From: Trypanosoma brucei
Lineage: Eukaryota
Direction of reading: 5' to 3'
Assembly (NCBI GenBank): GCA_000002445.1
Contig: CH464491.1
Span: forward strand, 3,616,001 to 3,680,000
Length of the DNA: 64,000 nt
Below the pieces are notes generated by a model, which saw nothing but the letters and a program-made list of their open reading frames with translations, was not told where the DNA came from and made no database searches. Shown here piece by piece: positions 21,896-32,604 of this stretch. How positions within the stretch are numbered: position 1 is the first letter of the stretch; every line of letters begins with the position of its first letter. Both the position numbers and the translations under genes were made by a program.

Positions 21896-22576
21896 ATGGT
21901 GCGGGACACGAGTCGACATGTGTCTGTTGTAAAATCCAGACCAACCAAGGAGGCGGTGAAGGAGCAGGAAACAGCTTTGAAGCGCAGTAAGCGCAGCAAA
22001 TTCACACCGAAATCTTCCCACAGTAAAGGGAACCCTATCCACAGAACGTTGAAGTATCATGAGAAGAAGCTCCTCCGCAAGCATGATTTCATGCAATACC
22101 CGCAAGACAATTGGCACGAGCCCTTCTGTATTACAAAATATCATTTAGAGGATCGTGAAGATTACCGCCGTTACCTGCGTCTAGTGGGACTCATTCGACA
22201 ACTGTTGACACATCTTCGCTACCTCCCAGCTGATAGTAAGATACGGATACAAATAACGCAACAGATTCTGGACAAACTTTATGCTATGGGTTTGATTAAC
22301 GAAAAACTTGGACTTGCTGAGGTTGACAAGGTCGGTGTCGAAGTATTTTGTAAGCGGCGGCTTCCAACAGTTCTCCGTGATCTTAACATGGCTCCTAACT
22401 GCAAGATTGCGGCAGATTTTGTGCATCATGGCCATGTGAGAGTAGGAACTTCTCAAATTAGGGACCCCGCGTTTCTTGTTCCAAGAGACTTGGAGGATTA
22501 CGTCACGTGGATGCCCGGTTCAAAGGTGAAGCAACACGTGGACACATTTAACGTACAGCGGGACGATTACGAGTAA
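21896..22576 (+). CDS. IMP3: U3 snoRNP protein IMP3 (ribosomal S4/S9 family)
   Basis: LKYHEKKLLRKHDFMQY...DYRRYLRLVGLIRQL...KLYAMGLINEK, and the S4 domain RRLPTVLRDLNMAPNCKIAADFVHHGHVRVGTSQIRDPAFLVPRDLEDYVTW, match IMP3 along their length. About 45 aa of basic sequence precede the homologous region. Confidence 0.8.
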   Translation: MVRDTSRHVSVVKSRPTKEAVKEQETALKRSKRSKFTPKSSHSKGNPIHRTLKYHEKKLLRKHDFMQYPQDNWHEPFCITKYHLEDREDYRRYLRLVGLIRQLLTHLRYLPADSKIRIQITQQILDKLYAMGLINEKLGLAEVDKVGVEVFCKRRLPTVLRDLNMAPNCKIAADFVHHGHVRVGTSQIRDPAFLVPRDLEDYVTWMPGSKVKQHVDTFNVQRDDYE

Positions 22577-22625
22577 CACCCGCAACTCTGGGGCGCATGG
22601 ATATTTTTCAACACTTGCGTCTTGG

Positions 22626-22645
22626 ATATATATATATATATATAT
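22626..22645. repeat. (TA)n microsatellite
   Basis: The run atatatatatatatatatat lies just downstream of the IMP3 stop codon. Confidence 0.9.
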
Positions 22646-23115
22646 TATAATTCTGTTAAACACCGAGAGTGAAATTACAAAAGGGGAGCTCACGGAAGTT
22701 AATACGTTCCTCTACCTTTGTACATGTTATTGGTCAGTTCTTGCTGCTACCAATAAAACAAAAACAAGAGTTGTGCGTGCACATTTTGTGTGTCTGTGTG
22801 TAACACTGACAATTTATGTTTTAGTTTGTGTATGATTATTTCCTCTCTTTCTCCGCTTTTTTTTTGATTCTTTTTTATTCCTCCCATTGTTATTATTTCT
22901 TTAGAAGGGAGAAAACTTCGCAACTACTTTAAGGAAGAGTTGGAAGTCGGCTTCAGCTGACTCTAACGGCTGCATACTTGCCCTGGCGCCTTCATCGATT
23001 GAAAAGAAAGTAGAAAGGACGCGGAAAGGAGGCGAGACTTGGAGAGGAAGAGGAAAAAAAAAAGAAAACCACATTTTTCGTTTGTTTAGTCCCGTAAACT
23101 TAAACTGTTATCACC

Positions 23116-23766
23116 ATGTCCACTGACCGTTCATCTCGTCGCAAGGAAATGGACTTCATGAAACTCATGAATGGTCCGCGAAAGGTGCACCCATCGGACT
23201 CCGTCTCCGAGTTTTGGGTGGAGTTTTGTGGTCCTGAGGGAACTCCATACGAAGATGGCGTATGGTACATCCACGTGCAACTTCCCGCAGAGTATCCCTT
23301 CAAATCTCCATCCATCGGTTTTAGCAATCGTATTTTCCATCCAAATGTGGATGAGTCGAGCGGTTCTGTTTGCCTCGATGTAATTAACCAAACATGGACA
23401 CCGATGTATGAACTTCACAACATTTTTGATGTGTTCCTCCCGCAGCTGCTACGGTACCCTAATGCCTCTGATCCCTTAAACTCTGCGGCTGCAAGTAAGT
23501 TAATTCACGACCCTATTGGCTACGTTACATTTGTGCAAGATCACGTAGCGGAGTATGCAACACGGAGGGTTGCACTGCAAAGTATTCCTTCAGGTTTCCG
23601 GCCTCAGGGTAACGGCGCGTCCTCAGCAGCGGAGGTTAAAAATAACATATCCAGTGAGGAGGATTCCACCGCTACTCCTAAAGGACTGACAGAAATCACA
23701 ACTCCGCATGTTGTAAGTGAAGGAGGGGAGGAAGAGGAGTATGAACCTGACGCAATTGACATCTAA
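23116..23766 (+). CDS. Ubiquitin-conjugating enzyme E2 (UBE2H-like) with acidic C-terminal extension
   Basis: The UBC core is [41 protein letters not shown], with an HPN motif and the catalytic Cys. The tail ends [12 protein letters not shown]. Confidence 0.85.
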   Translation: MSTDRSSRRKEMDFMKLMNGPRKVHPSDSVSEFWVEFCGPEGTPYEDGVWYIHVQLPAEYPFKSPSIGFSNRIFHPNVDESSGSVCLDVINQTWTPMYELHNIFDVFLPQLLRYPNASDPLNSAAASKLIHDPIGYVTFVQDHVAEYATRRVALQSIPSGFRPQGNGASSAAEVKNNISSEEDSTATPKGLTEITTPHVVSEGGEEEEYEPDAIDI

Positions 23767-24479
23767 GCAGTGGGGGATATATTTATATATTTCTATATTT
23801 CTATATTTGTATATGTGAGAGAACGTATGAAAGTTGAGGGAAGCGGAGGGAGCGAAGGGAGGGGAGGAAAAGAAAAAAAAAGAAGAGCAAAACAAGGATA
23901 AGGGGGGAATCGCTTTTCTTTTTCTTTTTTGTGTTTTATTTATTTATTTTTCCAGATGACCATACAGACATCACATCTACCCGGAGTGAAGTTAGAATTC
24001 AGTGAAGATAAACCCTTATGCAATTTCCTCTATAGGTGGATGCATATGCATAAGAGAATATATACGCGTACATCTATGTATCGGCTAATTAGCGCAGTCA
24101 CCCCGTCAAAGGGGAATAAAGAAAAGTGAAAGGAAAGATGTGAGGAAAAAGTTAAGCAAGGGAGATAAAGTATTAGACAAATAAAGGAGAAGGGGGAGGT
24201 GGAAAAGAAAAAAAAACAAAGGAAGTGGAATATTTGTCGGTCGAAGTGCTTTCTTTTGCCTCTTTTTTTTTGTGTGTTATTTAGGGAAACTCGCAGCCAC
24301 ACTCATTTCTTAGTTGCATGGTCCTTTGTATGTACACATATTTTTTAACAGCACTCGAATGCCATGTTCAACTTGCTTTTTTTTCTTCTCTCCTTGCCTA
24401 TTTCACACTTTCATTGTTTTTGTTCTCGTCTGTTTGTTTGACTGTTTCTGATTGCTTTTGATGCGTCGTTGTCGCCAAT

Positions 24480-24660
24480 CAGCACTATTTCTCTATGCCT
24501 TTTTTCTTTCTTTCTTTCTCTTTCTCTTTCTCTTTCTTATATTCCGTTTCTTTTCTGTTTGCTTGTTGTTTTTTCCTCAAGTTATTGTTGCTGTTCCAGT
24601 TCTTCACCTAACTTCCCTTCTTCACTCTTGTTTTTGTTAGGAACTCGAGTCTTTTTTTTT
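24480..24660 (+). promoter_or_regulatory. Extended polypyrimidine (CT-rich) block inside the 3-kb E2-to-Mut7-C intergenic region
   Basis: The block reads cagcactatttctctatgccttttttctttctttctttctctttctctttctctttcttatattccgtttcttttctgtttgcttgttgtttttt... More than 90% of its bases are pyrimidine. Confidence 0.4.
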
Positions 24661-25214
24661 CTTGACATTATGTGATGCTTTCCCCCTCTCGTTTTTTTTG
24701 TGAAGTATCTCATCATTCTCAGTTCTTCTTTTTTTCTTTTTTTTATTCCTCCCCATTTATTTAATTTGTTTGCGTTTTTAGTTTTAGTTTCGGTTTTTTT
24801 CCTTTCTTTTTTTTCTTTTTTTCTTTTTTTCTTTTTACTGTTGTTTGTTTATACTCCTTCTCTTGGTCTTTGTTATTATTGTTCAAGTTGGGACCTGCGT
24901 GCCACTCTACACGTTGGGGCACTGCCTTTAGCGCCTCCCGGCACGTTATATACAGATTTTTTTAAAAATTTCGTGTGTGTTTAAAGAACAGAAAAGAAAG
25001 AAAAAAGGCGGAGGGAGAGGGGATAGACGCCTTTAAGTTCCCCCCTCCCCCCGCAAAAAAAAAAAGGAAAAAGGGAAAAAGAAAAAAAAGAAAAAGGAAA
25101 AAAAAAGGAAAAGTTAACAAAATGTTAAAAAAAAAAGTGAAATCGAAATTTGATGTGTTTATCAGTATGCAGAGGGAGGGAAAAAGTGGAGAAACCGAAG
25201 GGAAAATAAGGATC

Positions 25215-25275
25215 CACACACACATATATATATATATAAATATATAAATATATAAATATATAAAAATATATTTGT
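25215..25275. repeat. (CA)n/(TA)n/(TATAAA)n compound microsatellite
   Basis: The sequence reads cacacacacatatatatatatataaatatataaatatataaatatataaaaatata. Confidence 0.85.
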
Positions 25276-26803
25276 TTGTTTGTTTGTGTCGGGCATAAGA
25301 GAAGGGGACGGAATGGAAAAGAAAGAGGAGTATCGTTTTTTTAAATTTATGATCCCATTGTTTTTTTTTCATATTATTTTCCCTCTTTTCCTCCGTTTCT
25401 TCGTTACTTTCCTTTCCACTCCTTCGTGTTAGTGTGGAATATTGTTCAGAACTCCAATGATCCACTTTCTCGTTTTCTTTCGTTCTCCGAGCAAAATTAT
25501 CCCCCCTCCCCATTTTTTTTTTCACTTCACCACAGATTCCAGTCTAAACTCTTTCACCTGTGGCTGGATGCTTTCCAATTTATACGGTTGTGCTTTGCTT
25601 TGCTTTTTTTCTTTATTTGAGTGGCGTCTCGATGCTTATCTTTTTTTTTTATCTGATATGCAACCCATTCTCTTTTTCTATCCTCTCTTTGCGATACCAT
25701 TCCACTTGACAGAGTACAATACATTTTGTGGCACCAGGGTAATTAAATACCCCAAGGAAAGGAGGAAAAAGAATTAATGCATTGAAAGGACCATTGTGTG
25801 CGCTGTGCTCGGTTGCGAGATGAAAGTTTTCTTTTTTTCTTTTTTTTTTAAAAATGCTGCAGCCGCTAGCAACAAGTGATGGGATGCGGGTGACTCCCCG
25901 AAAGCATCACATCTCGGTAAAGCAACCACTCCGGAATTATATGGAAAAAAAATATATAAATATATATATGTGTGCGCGCTTGTGTACACGTGCCCTTCGT
26001 AGTTAAAAATATATGGACAGCAACTTCATGTGTATGCGTGCCGTGCAGGGGGAAAAAGTCGTACAACGTTCCGGAGTGTTATGTTGTCGTGTTTCAAAAT
26101 TAATAATTGGCGTGTTGCGATTCGGTAACTTCATTCGGAAATTATGATACCAGGCGTTTTTTTTTCTCTGTTGTGAGGAGAGGTGGTCTTCTCTATTGCT
26201 GCTTTCCTGATGGCTCTAGTCGTCTGCATGGTGGGATTTCATTTCTCGTTAAGCGACATTGTTGTGTGATAGTCTCATGCTGCTCTCCACTCTCAGCTGT
26301 TATATGGTGTTTTACAGGATTCTCTTCTGTCACATCTCAGGCATCGAATTTTGGGTTAGTTTAATTGTTCTTTTTTGTGATCTCGAGAAGTATCACATTT
26401 GAGGGGCGTCCAGTAGGAGGAGGTGTTGCCTGTTGGAGGCGAAAGGTTCTTATTGCAAAATGGAAATTTATTGCAGTTCGTCGGTGGAAATGCGGTGAAT
26501 CTTGAAGAGGAAAAATTTGTATTGCCCTTTCTTTTTTTCTTTTTTTTTTTGAAAAATGCTCGCGTTTGCGCTGGATGATATGGGCTTCTTGGTTCCTGGT
26601 TCTTGGTGCTGTCGATGTTTGTTTTTGTTGTTTAGTTGGGGGTGACTGACCGTTCCGGTATCCGACTTCAATTTACTTCGTTGTGAGCTGCACACTCAGC
26701 AACTGTTTTGACTCCTCCCTTCCATTTCAGCATCTGTACACATACAGTTTCCCTCCTCTTTATCTGATTTAAACGGACCGGTGGAAACGCTGAATAACAA
26801 AGT

Positions 26804-27664
26804 GTGGAGAGTAGGCTATTACTTGCGGCCTTAGTTTACCATCGAAACATGCATTCGTCACCAGCGACGAGTCAAGATGGTTTCTTGTTGGACTTTAGTT
26901 TGTACCGTGTCGCGAAGTACATTCGTTTATTAGGCTACAACGCGGTGTGCGACAGTCAGCTGTTCCGAAGGGATATGGTGAACAGGGCCGTGAAGGACAA
27001 CTTAGTGCTAGTTACCTCAAGCTGCGCTTTAATCGAACAGGCTAAGGCTCATAATAGAACTGTGCAGAAGCACCGCAGCGTCATTGGCGGGGGGAAAACT
27101 GTTGTGGCATACGACTCGGATGGCGAATCTATTTACTCTGAGGGCGACGACGATATGAGAGAAATTACGTTTTATGAACTCGCGCACCCCACTGCGGACA
27201 ACTTTTTCACACTGATGGTGGATGCTATTCGGACGCTCGGCCTACTTTATCGCAGGGATCGTATCTTTTCGCGCTGTGTCATGTGTAATGAGGTGCTCGT
27301 TGAAGTAGTTAAAGAGGATGTCAAGGAAGACGTCCATCCAAAGGTATACGAAGTCTATGATGCATTCACTCGCTGCCCTGCATGTAGGAAGGTTTTTTGG
27401 GGAGTTGACAATGGTAAGGTCATCAATTACACGGCTTTCCGCACTCTAGAGACGCTACAACGCCTCTTTGAAGCCGCAATGGGGCCTGATCTACGACCAC
27501 CACGCATTTCTCATCTTTGTTATTTTCGTTCTTTCCCCAGGCGGGTGCATTCAACTGTATTTTCTTACCTCTCCGATGCTGACCTGCGGGTTTTGTCAGT
27601 TGTAGTACCAAAACTTAAGGATCTATCCGACGCTGTGAAGAAGCGGTCCCAGTCGGTTCGGTGA
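26804..27664 (+). CDS. Mut7-C (DUF82) PIN-like nuclease-domain protein
   Basis: The N-terminal FLLDFSLYRVAKYIRLLGYNAV matches the Mut7-C consensus rFlvDvMLgkLarwLRilGyD. The C-terminal CVMCNEVL...FTRCPACRKVFWGVDNGK matches its zinc-ribbon (C..CN..L ... C..C.kiyW.G.H). Confidence 0.7.
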   Translation: MESRLLLAALVYHRNMHSSPATSQDGFLLDFSLYRVAKYIRLLGYNAVCDSQLFRRDMVNRAVKDNLVLVTSSCALIEQAKAHNRTVQKHRSVIGGGKTVVAYDSDGESIYSEGDDDMREITFYELAHPTADNFFTLMVDAIRTLGLLYRRDRIFSRCVMCNEVLVEVVKEDVKEDVHPKVYEVYDAFTRCPACRKVFWGVDNGKVINYTAFRTLETLQRLFEAAMGPDLRPPRISHLCYFRSFPRRVHSTVFSYLSDADLRVLSVVVPKLKDLSDAVKKRSQSVR

Positions 27665-27915
27665 CACGAAGTGAATGACTTCTTCGTCTTTTTGGTCCTT
27701 CCCATGTTCTGGGCATTGGGATGTTTTTTTTTTTTTTTGCGGTTTACCTGTATCCAAACACTCATTGTACCGGTCTCTTGCTCCTTACAATGTAATGCCA
27801 ACTTGTGTGGTCGCCATCTTTTGTTTCATTTGTTTGCTTTTCCCTCTCCTCTCCTTTTCTTTCTGTTTTTTTTTGTTTTTACACCCGTGCGCGCTATTGT
27901 ATGCCTTCAACATAG

Positions 27916-28299
27916 ATGAGTGTTAGGAAGCCTATAACGCCGTTGGATGTTCTTCGCAACTGTCGCGCCAAAGTAGTTTCTGTTGAGCTGGCGGGCGGTG
28001 AAACCATCAATGGCACGGTTGTGCGCGTGGACCGGGCGATGAATATGGTTTTGAAGCAGTGCATTCGGACATCAGCTGATGGTGAAGCGTTTTGGCGCTC
28101 ACGTGAGTCCCTCATCCGCGGTGCGAGTGTTAGAAACGTTCGTATGGATGAACGGGCTGTGATAATTGCGGATGCTCAGCTTCGTGAGGTCACAAGCAAG
28201 AGCAAGAACAAGAACAGGGTCAAGGCTAAGAGCAACGATAAGCAGCAGGGGGAAAGGAAAGCTACGTTGAGCGGTGAAAAGCGTAACCGCGGGAAGTAA
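27916..28299 (+). CDS. Sm protein, SmD1-like, with basic Lys-rich tail
   Basis: Sm1 (VVSVELAGGETINGTVVRVDRAMNMVLKQ) and Sm2 (LIRGASVRNVRM) align to human SmD1 ([28 protein letters not shown] / SIRGNNIRY). A K/N/R-rich tail replaces the RG repeats. Confidence 0.65.
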   Translation: MSVRKPITPLDVLRNCRAKVVSVELAGGETINGTVVRVDRAMNMVLKQCIRTSADGEAFWRSRESLIRGASVRNVRMDERAVIIADAQLREVTSKSKNKNRVKAKSNDKQQGERKATLSGEKRNRGK

Positions 28300-28728
28300 A
28301 GCATTTTCCCGTCGTGGTACTTACGGGATCGATCCCCAATCAACTTCATTAGCGTCCGCCGTGCCCATGAAAACCCAAGCGGCGTCTCCCCATATCTTCA
28401 GCAGTCGCGTATTTTGAATTCTCAGTGCGCTCAGTGTGGTGAGGTATCGGTTGTGGAGAGACAGAAGCCATAGGAACGAGAGGTATGCCTTCGTATTGTA
28501 TTGTTCTTTTTCCCCCTTGAACATCCAGTGTGTACTATACTGGGTGGTGCAACCTTTTTTTTTTTGTTGTAGGGGGTTTCGTGAATGACATTGTTTACTC
28601 TAACTGCTGTCTTTGTGTTTCTCGCCTTTGGTGACTGGATTGCGTGTCGCTTTGACTTTTTTCTTTTTCTTTTTTGAAGCATGAGTGTTACGCTTGTCCA
28701 TAGTTGTTTAGATAGCTGAAATCGTGAT

Positions 28729-30267
28729 ATGGATTCAAAGGGACGCGGTTCCAAGGCCAACGCACTTGGGTGCGCGAACGTTGTGGGCACCGCAGCAAAT
28801 GCGGTCACCAACAATAACGGCAGTAACAGCAACCAACACCCTTATGCCCGACGTCATGTGAACAACAGCGGGGGTGCCTTTGTGAATGCCTTTCTTGCCT
28901 CCCCCACTTCTTTGTATAACACCCCGCAGCCCGTTGATCCCTATCGCCAGGCACTATCTAATCCATTTCCGTCGGCACCTTACACAACTGTGGGGCATTT
29001 ATTCATGAGTAGTGCCGTCAGGAATGCTCGGCCTAATGTATCCTTTCGGTCACGCTCTCCAGCTCGGAACACCACTGTTGTTACGAGCCCCAAGTTCGCT
29101 CACTACACCACCATATACAACATCGAGAACGAGGCGAGCCCCAGCAGCATGAACCCTAAGGTAAGAACGCAGGTTTATCAGACAACAACGAGAATGGCGG
29201 GGACTAGCATGGCCCTCAGGCGTCTCGTTAAGATGTCTACCACCGCGGAGGAATGCGCTGCTGTCAGCGAGTTGTTTCGGCAATATCGTCATCCTAATTT
29301 AGTTCCTCTGACCAATGTCTTGGTAACAGACGAATTTGTAATGGGAAGTGCCGACGTCATCATGGAGTATAAGTTCATAACAGGTGCGAAAAGTTTGAAT
29401 GAGGCTTTCATCAACGAGGGGAAGGCAACGGAGGGACTTTTATGGTCCTTTGCTTGTCAGATGGTTAGCCTCATGCGTGCGTTTCACGAGACGTCTACAC
29501 CACTGCGCGGTCTCCACTGGACAAAGATACTTTTTGTTCCGGTATCTTCCCGATTTTACTTCAGTGGTGTAGGGTTTATGGATGTCATGGAGCCGAAGGG
29601 ATCTGCGCACCAGTCGGCGGCTTTAATGAAGCATGATATTCAGTCTCTGGGGTTGCTCCTTCTCCAACTTTCTACGGGGAATAGCAACGCCAAACCTGAA
29701 GACTTTACCGCTCAACCTGCGAAGGGCTACTCAGGCATCTTTTGGTTGCTCGTAAAGGCATGCATAGACGGCACCGCAGATGTGGTAACTTTGTGCCGTG
29801 CTTTGGGGGAACGAATGTCGATGGAGGTTGCACATCAAGAGGGGCATGCAGATCGCTTGATTTCGCAGTGCGGAAAGGAAGCTCACAATGGTCGGATCAT
29901 GCGGCTGATGATCAAACTCAATTTCGTGCTTGAGTCCCTCCATGACTTTCCCGAACACAGCGCGGAAGCCAACAATCGTTATGCGCTTCGCCTCTTCAGT
30001 CAATACGTGTTCAACCAAGTTGACGAGCGACATCGGACGCGTTTGGATTGGGGGCATGTATTTCATTCTTTAAATAAGCTTGACTGTGGATCTGAGGAGT
30101 TGGTGCAATTAATTGGAAATGACGAAAGTAACACAATCCTAGTCATTTCGTACCGTGATCTGAGAGACACACTCGAAAGAGCCTTTGAACAACTTCAGCC
30201 CCCTCCGAACGAGGGGGACGTGCAACCCTTCACAGTTACGGTGGGAACGACATCGGCAACGTTGTAA
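28729..30267 (+). CDS. PAN3: PAN3, regulatory subunit of the PAN2-PAN3 poly(A) nuclease (pseudokinase + C-terminal knob)
   Basis: The pseudokinase core reads FRQYRHPNLVPLTNVLVTDEFVMGSADVIMEYKFITGAKSLNEAF...GLHWTKILFV. The C-terminal LRLFSQYVFNQVDE...WGHVFHSLNKLDCGSEELV...VISYRDLRDTLERAFEQL aligns closely with metazoan PAN3 (FRDYVFHQVDE...HVLTCLNKLDAG...VVSYKELKKCLESAFQEL). Confidence 0.75.
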   Translation: MDSKGRGSKANALGCANVVGTAANAVTNNNGSNSNQHPYARRHVNNSGGAFVNAFLASPTSLYNTPQPVDPYRQALSNPFPSAPYTTVGHLFMSSAVRNARPNVSFRSRSPARNTTVVTSPKFAHYTTIYNIENEASPSSMNPKVRTQVYQTTTRMAGTSMALRRLVKMSTTAEECAAVSELFRQYRHPNLVPLTNVLVTDEFVMGSADVIMEYKFITGAKSLNEAFINEGKATEGLLWSFACQMVSLMRAFHETSTPLRGLHWTKILFVPVSSRFYFSGVGFMDVMEPKGSAHQSAALMKHDIQSLGLLLLQLSTGNSNAKPEDFTAQPAKGYSGIFWLLVKACIDGTADVVTLCRALGERMSMEVAHQEGHADRLISQCGKEAHNGRIMRLMIKLNFVLESLHDFPEHSAEANNRYALRLFSQYVFNQVDERHRTRLDWGHVFHSLNKLDCGSEELVQLIGNDESNTILVISYRDLRDTLERAFEQLQPPPNEGDVQPFTVTVGTTSATL

Positions 30268-30351
30268 TCAATGCGTTCATACGTTCGGGTTGTGCGGTGG
30301 ACCAAAAGGTGCATGCGCGACAACATGAGGTCCAGGTATGAGAAGGGAGTA

Positions 30352-30545
30352 TTTTTGTTCCTTTTCTGCCCCTTCTGCTTTTCCTCCTTCCCCCCTTCCT
30401 TTGTTACGTGGGGTTAACATTAACCCATTTTATATGCCGTTGAGTCTGAGGTGTCCGCTGGGCCCGTTCTTCTTTGTGGATTCTGACGATAATTCTTCTT
30501 TCTTTTTTCTCCCCTTCACTTTCCTTTTTTTTTCACTTTTTTTAG
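30352..30545 (+). promoter_or_regulatory. Polypyrimidine tracts upstream of the DNAAF1-like gene (candidate splice-acceptor region)
   Basis: Two C/T runs (ttttgttccttttctgccccttctgcttttcctccttccccccttcctttgtt and ttctttcttttttctccccttcactttcctttttttttcactttttttag) precede the ATG at 30769. Confidence 0.45.
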
Positions 30546-30768
30546 GTTTGTCGGGTTGATAGCAACTCCAGGAACAAAGGTGGAAGGGGACTTGCTTAGC
30601 GTCCTTGTTGCGTCAGACGGGAGGTGTATAGTTTGTCTCGTTCTTCTTTTTGCTTTAGCTCTGAAGGGGAGGTCTTGTCCTAAACAAAATAAAATAAAGG
30701 GAGGTCAGTTGTTGCCTGTCAGACACACGGTAACCATTTAGGATCCTCCTCAGTTATTAGGGCCAGGT

Positions 30769-32160
30769 GTGAGTTGCATAGACGCTCCCAAATACGCATA
30801 CGCGTTTAAACTTAACACAGCAGAAAGGGAATTAACCATGACGGAAATGACGAAGGATGTTTTGATCGCCGCGTGCAAAAAAAACGGCGGTTACGCGGCT
30901 CCTCGTCTAAATGATCAACTTTTCCTTCAATGTCGTGGGTTCCTCCGTATCGAAAATCTTGAGGAATATGTAAATCTAAAGGTTTTGTGGCTGGAGCAGA
31001 ATGCCATTAGCGATTTTTATGGAATAGAGACACTACAGCAGTTAGTTTCTTTGTTTGTGCAAAACAATACAATTTCATCCCTCGACACACTTCCCCCGTT
31101 GAATGGTCTCCGCGTGCTTAATATATCTCACAACTACCTGACTTCCCTTTCGGGTATTGCAGCGGGATGCCCGCAATTAGAAACACTTCAGGCGTCCCAT
31201 AACCGTATTGGAAGTCTGAAAGAATGCTGCAGCCTTTGGGATCTCAAAGACACCCTGACGAGTGTGGATCTTTCCTTCAACAAAATCGAGATTGGGGAGG
31301 GTGATATGGGACCAGTGGAGTTTTTTGGACAGTTGCCGAATGTGAGCGTCATCTATTTTCATGGAAACCCCGGAAGTCATGGCATGAAGGGTTACCGCCG
31401 TAGTATGATTCTCCATTTACCACAGCTAAAGTACTTGGATGAGCGACCCGTCTTCACTGAGGAGCGACGTGTTGTGGAGGCGTGGGGTAGTGGAGGGGAG
31501 GCTGCGGAGGGACGTGAGCGTGAGGCCATTCGTAAGGAGAAAAAGGACCACTTGCAGAGTTGTGTAAAGGTTTTGTATGACCGTATGGAGGAAAACAGGG
31601 AGGTTAGGGACCGATTGACAAAACAGTGGGAGGAGAGGAGAGCAGTGGAAATGGAGTGGTGGAAGGAGGAGCGGCGCAAACAACGTACCCAAGTGAGTGA
31701 GCTTGAGGGTTCGGAGGAACTGTCGAGGAACCTCCTCACTGCGGCTGAAGAAGAAGAATATGCAACTATAGTGAAGGACTTCCGTGTGGGAGGGGATGCA
31801 ATTCGCGCTTCAGAGGTGGAACGCCGCAAAGCTTATGAACAACAACAGGCCGTTGAGGCTGTTCGAGCAGCTGCACTCAGAGAGATTGAGGAGGAGGAGG
31901 AGAAGGAAGGAGAGGCCACCGTGGAGGGGTCTGAACGTGCAGTTTTTCTTTCCGACGAGGATATGCTGCAGGAGGTGGAGGAGGAGATATTTAAGGTTCT
32001 GGGATCTGTAGAGAAGGATCCGTATGTCGGCCGGACGTCACTTAAGATGGGACGCGCCGTAGGTGCCGCCACGTCGCGGTTATGTGGAGACCAGAGCAAA
32101 CGCAAGTCACGTAACGGAATTTGGGAGAAGTTTTATTCGTGGGAGAAACGTATAGAGTAA
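30769..32160 (+). CDS. Leucine-rich-repeat protein, DNAAF1/LRRC50 (ODA7)-like axonemal dynein assembly factor
   Basis: [57 protein letters not shown] parallels DNAAF1 ([40 protein letters not shown]...). SDS22-type LRRs are followed by a charged Glu/Arg-rich coiled-coil tail. Confidence 0.7.
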   Translation: [463 protein letters not shown]

Positions 32161-32498
32161 GTACTGACCGGTTGTTCTTTCAGGTCTTAAAGATGTATAA
32201 CTGATGCATAGACACGGAGCGCGAGCGGGTGCTTGCGTACTTGCTGGCTTGTTTCCTGAAAAAAAAACACATTTTCACCGCTTTAGGGGGGATGTTTCTG
32301 GTGTTTGTCCTCTTTTTTTTTTTGTAGAAAAGTCCCTTCCCATATATTTTTAAAAAAACCTACTTGTCACCCAGCGACCTTCTTCCTATTTCAGTGTTTT
32401 GTTTACTTCAATTGTTGTTGTAGTTTTACTTTCCCATACTCTGTACAGTTTTCTTTGTTTTGAGCCCCACTCAATTCACTTGTTGCGATGCTGAGCTT

Positions 32499-32548
32499 TG
32501 ATTTTTTTTTCTTCTTGCTCCTTCTTTCCTGTTTATATTCTATTCGTG
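32499..32548 (+). promoter_or_regulatory. Polypyrimidine tract upstream of the GDP-L-fucose synthase start
   Basis: The C/T run (attttttttcttcttgctccttctttcctgtttatattctattc) lies 55-105 nt upstream of the chosen ATG at 32605. The ORF-track ATG at 32488 falls inside this tract, which is why I prefer the downstream start. Confidence 0.5.
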
Positions 32549-32604
32549 ATACGTTACACCGCTTTGTGGAGGGGAGCCCGTGTCGGGTTGTGGGCCAGAA
32601 GACG

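Noticed and set aside
24452-25525. Several 60-190-aa ORFs on both strands inside the E2-to-Mut7-C spacer (24469..24675, 24700..24984, 24962..25525 on the minus strand, and others)
   Set aside because: Their translations are poly-Phe/Leu/Ser or poly-Lys/Glu/Arg, which are direct read-outs of polypyrimidine or polypurine DNA. They have no coding periodicity.
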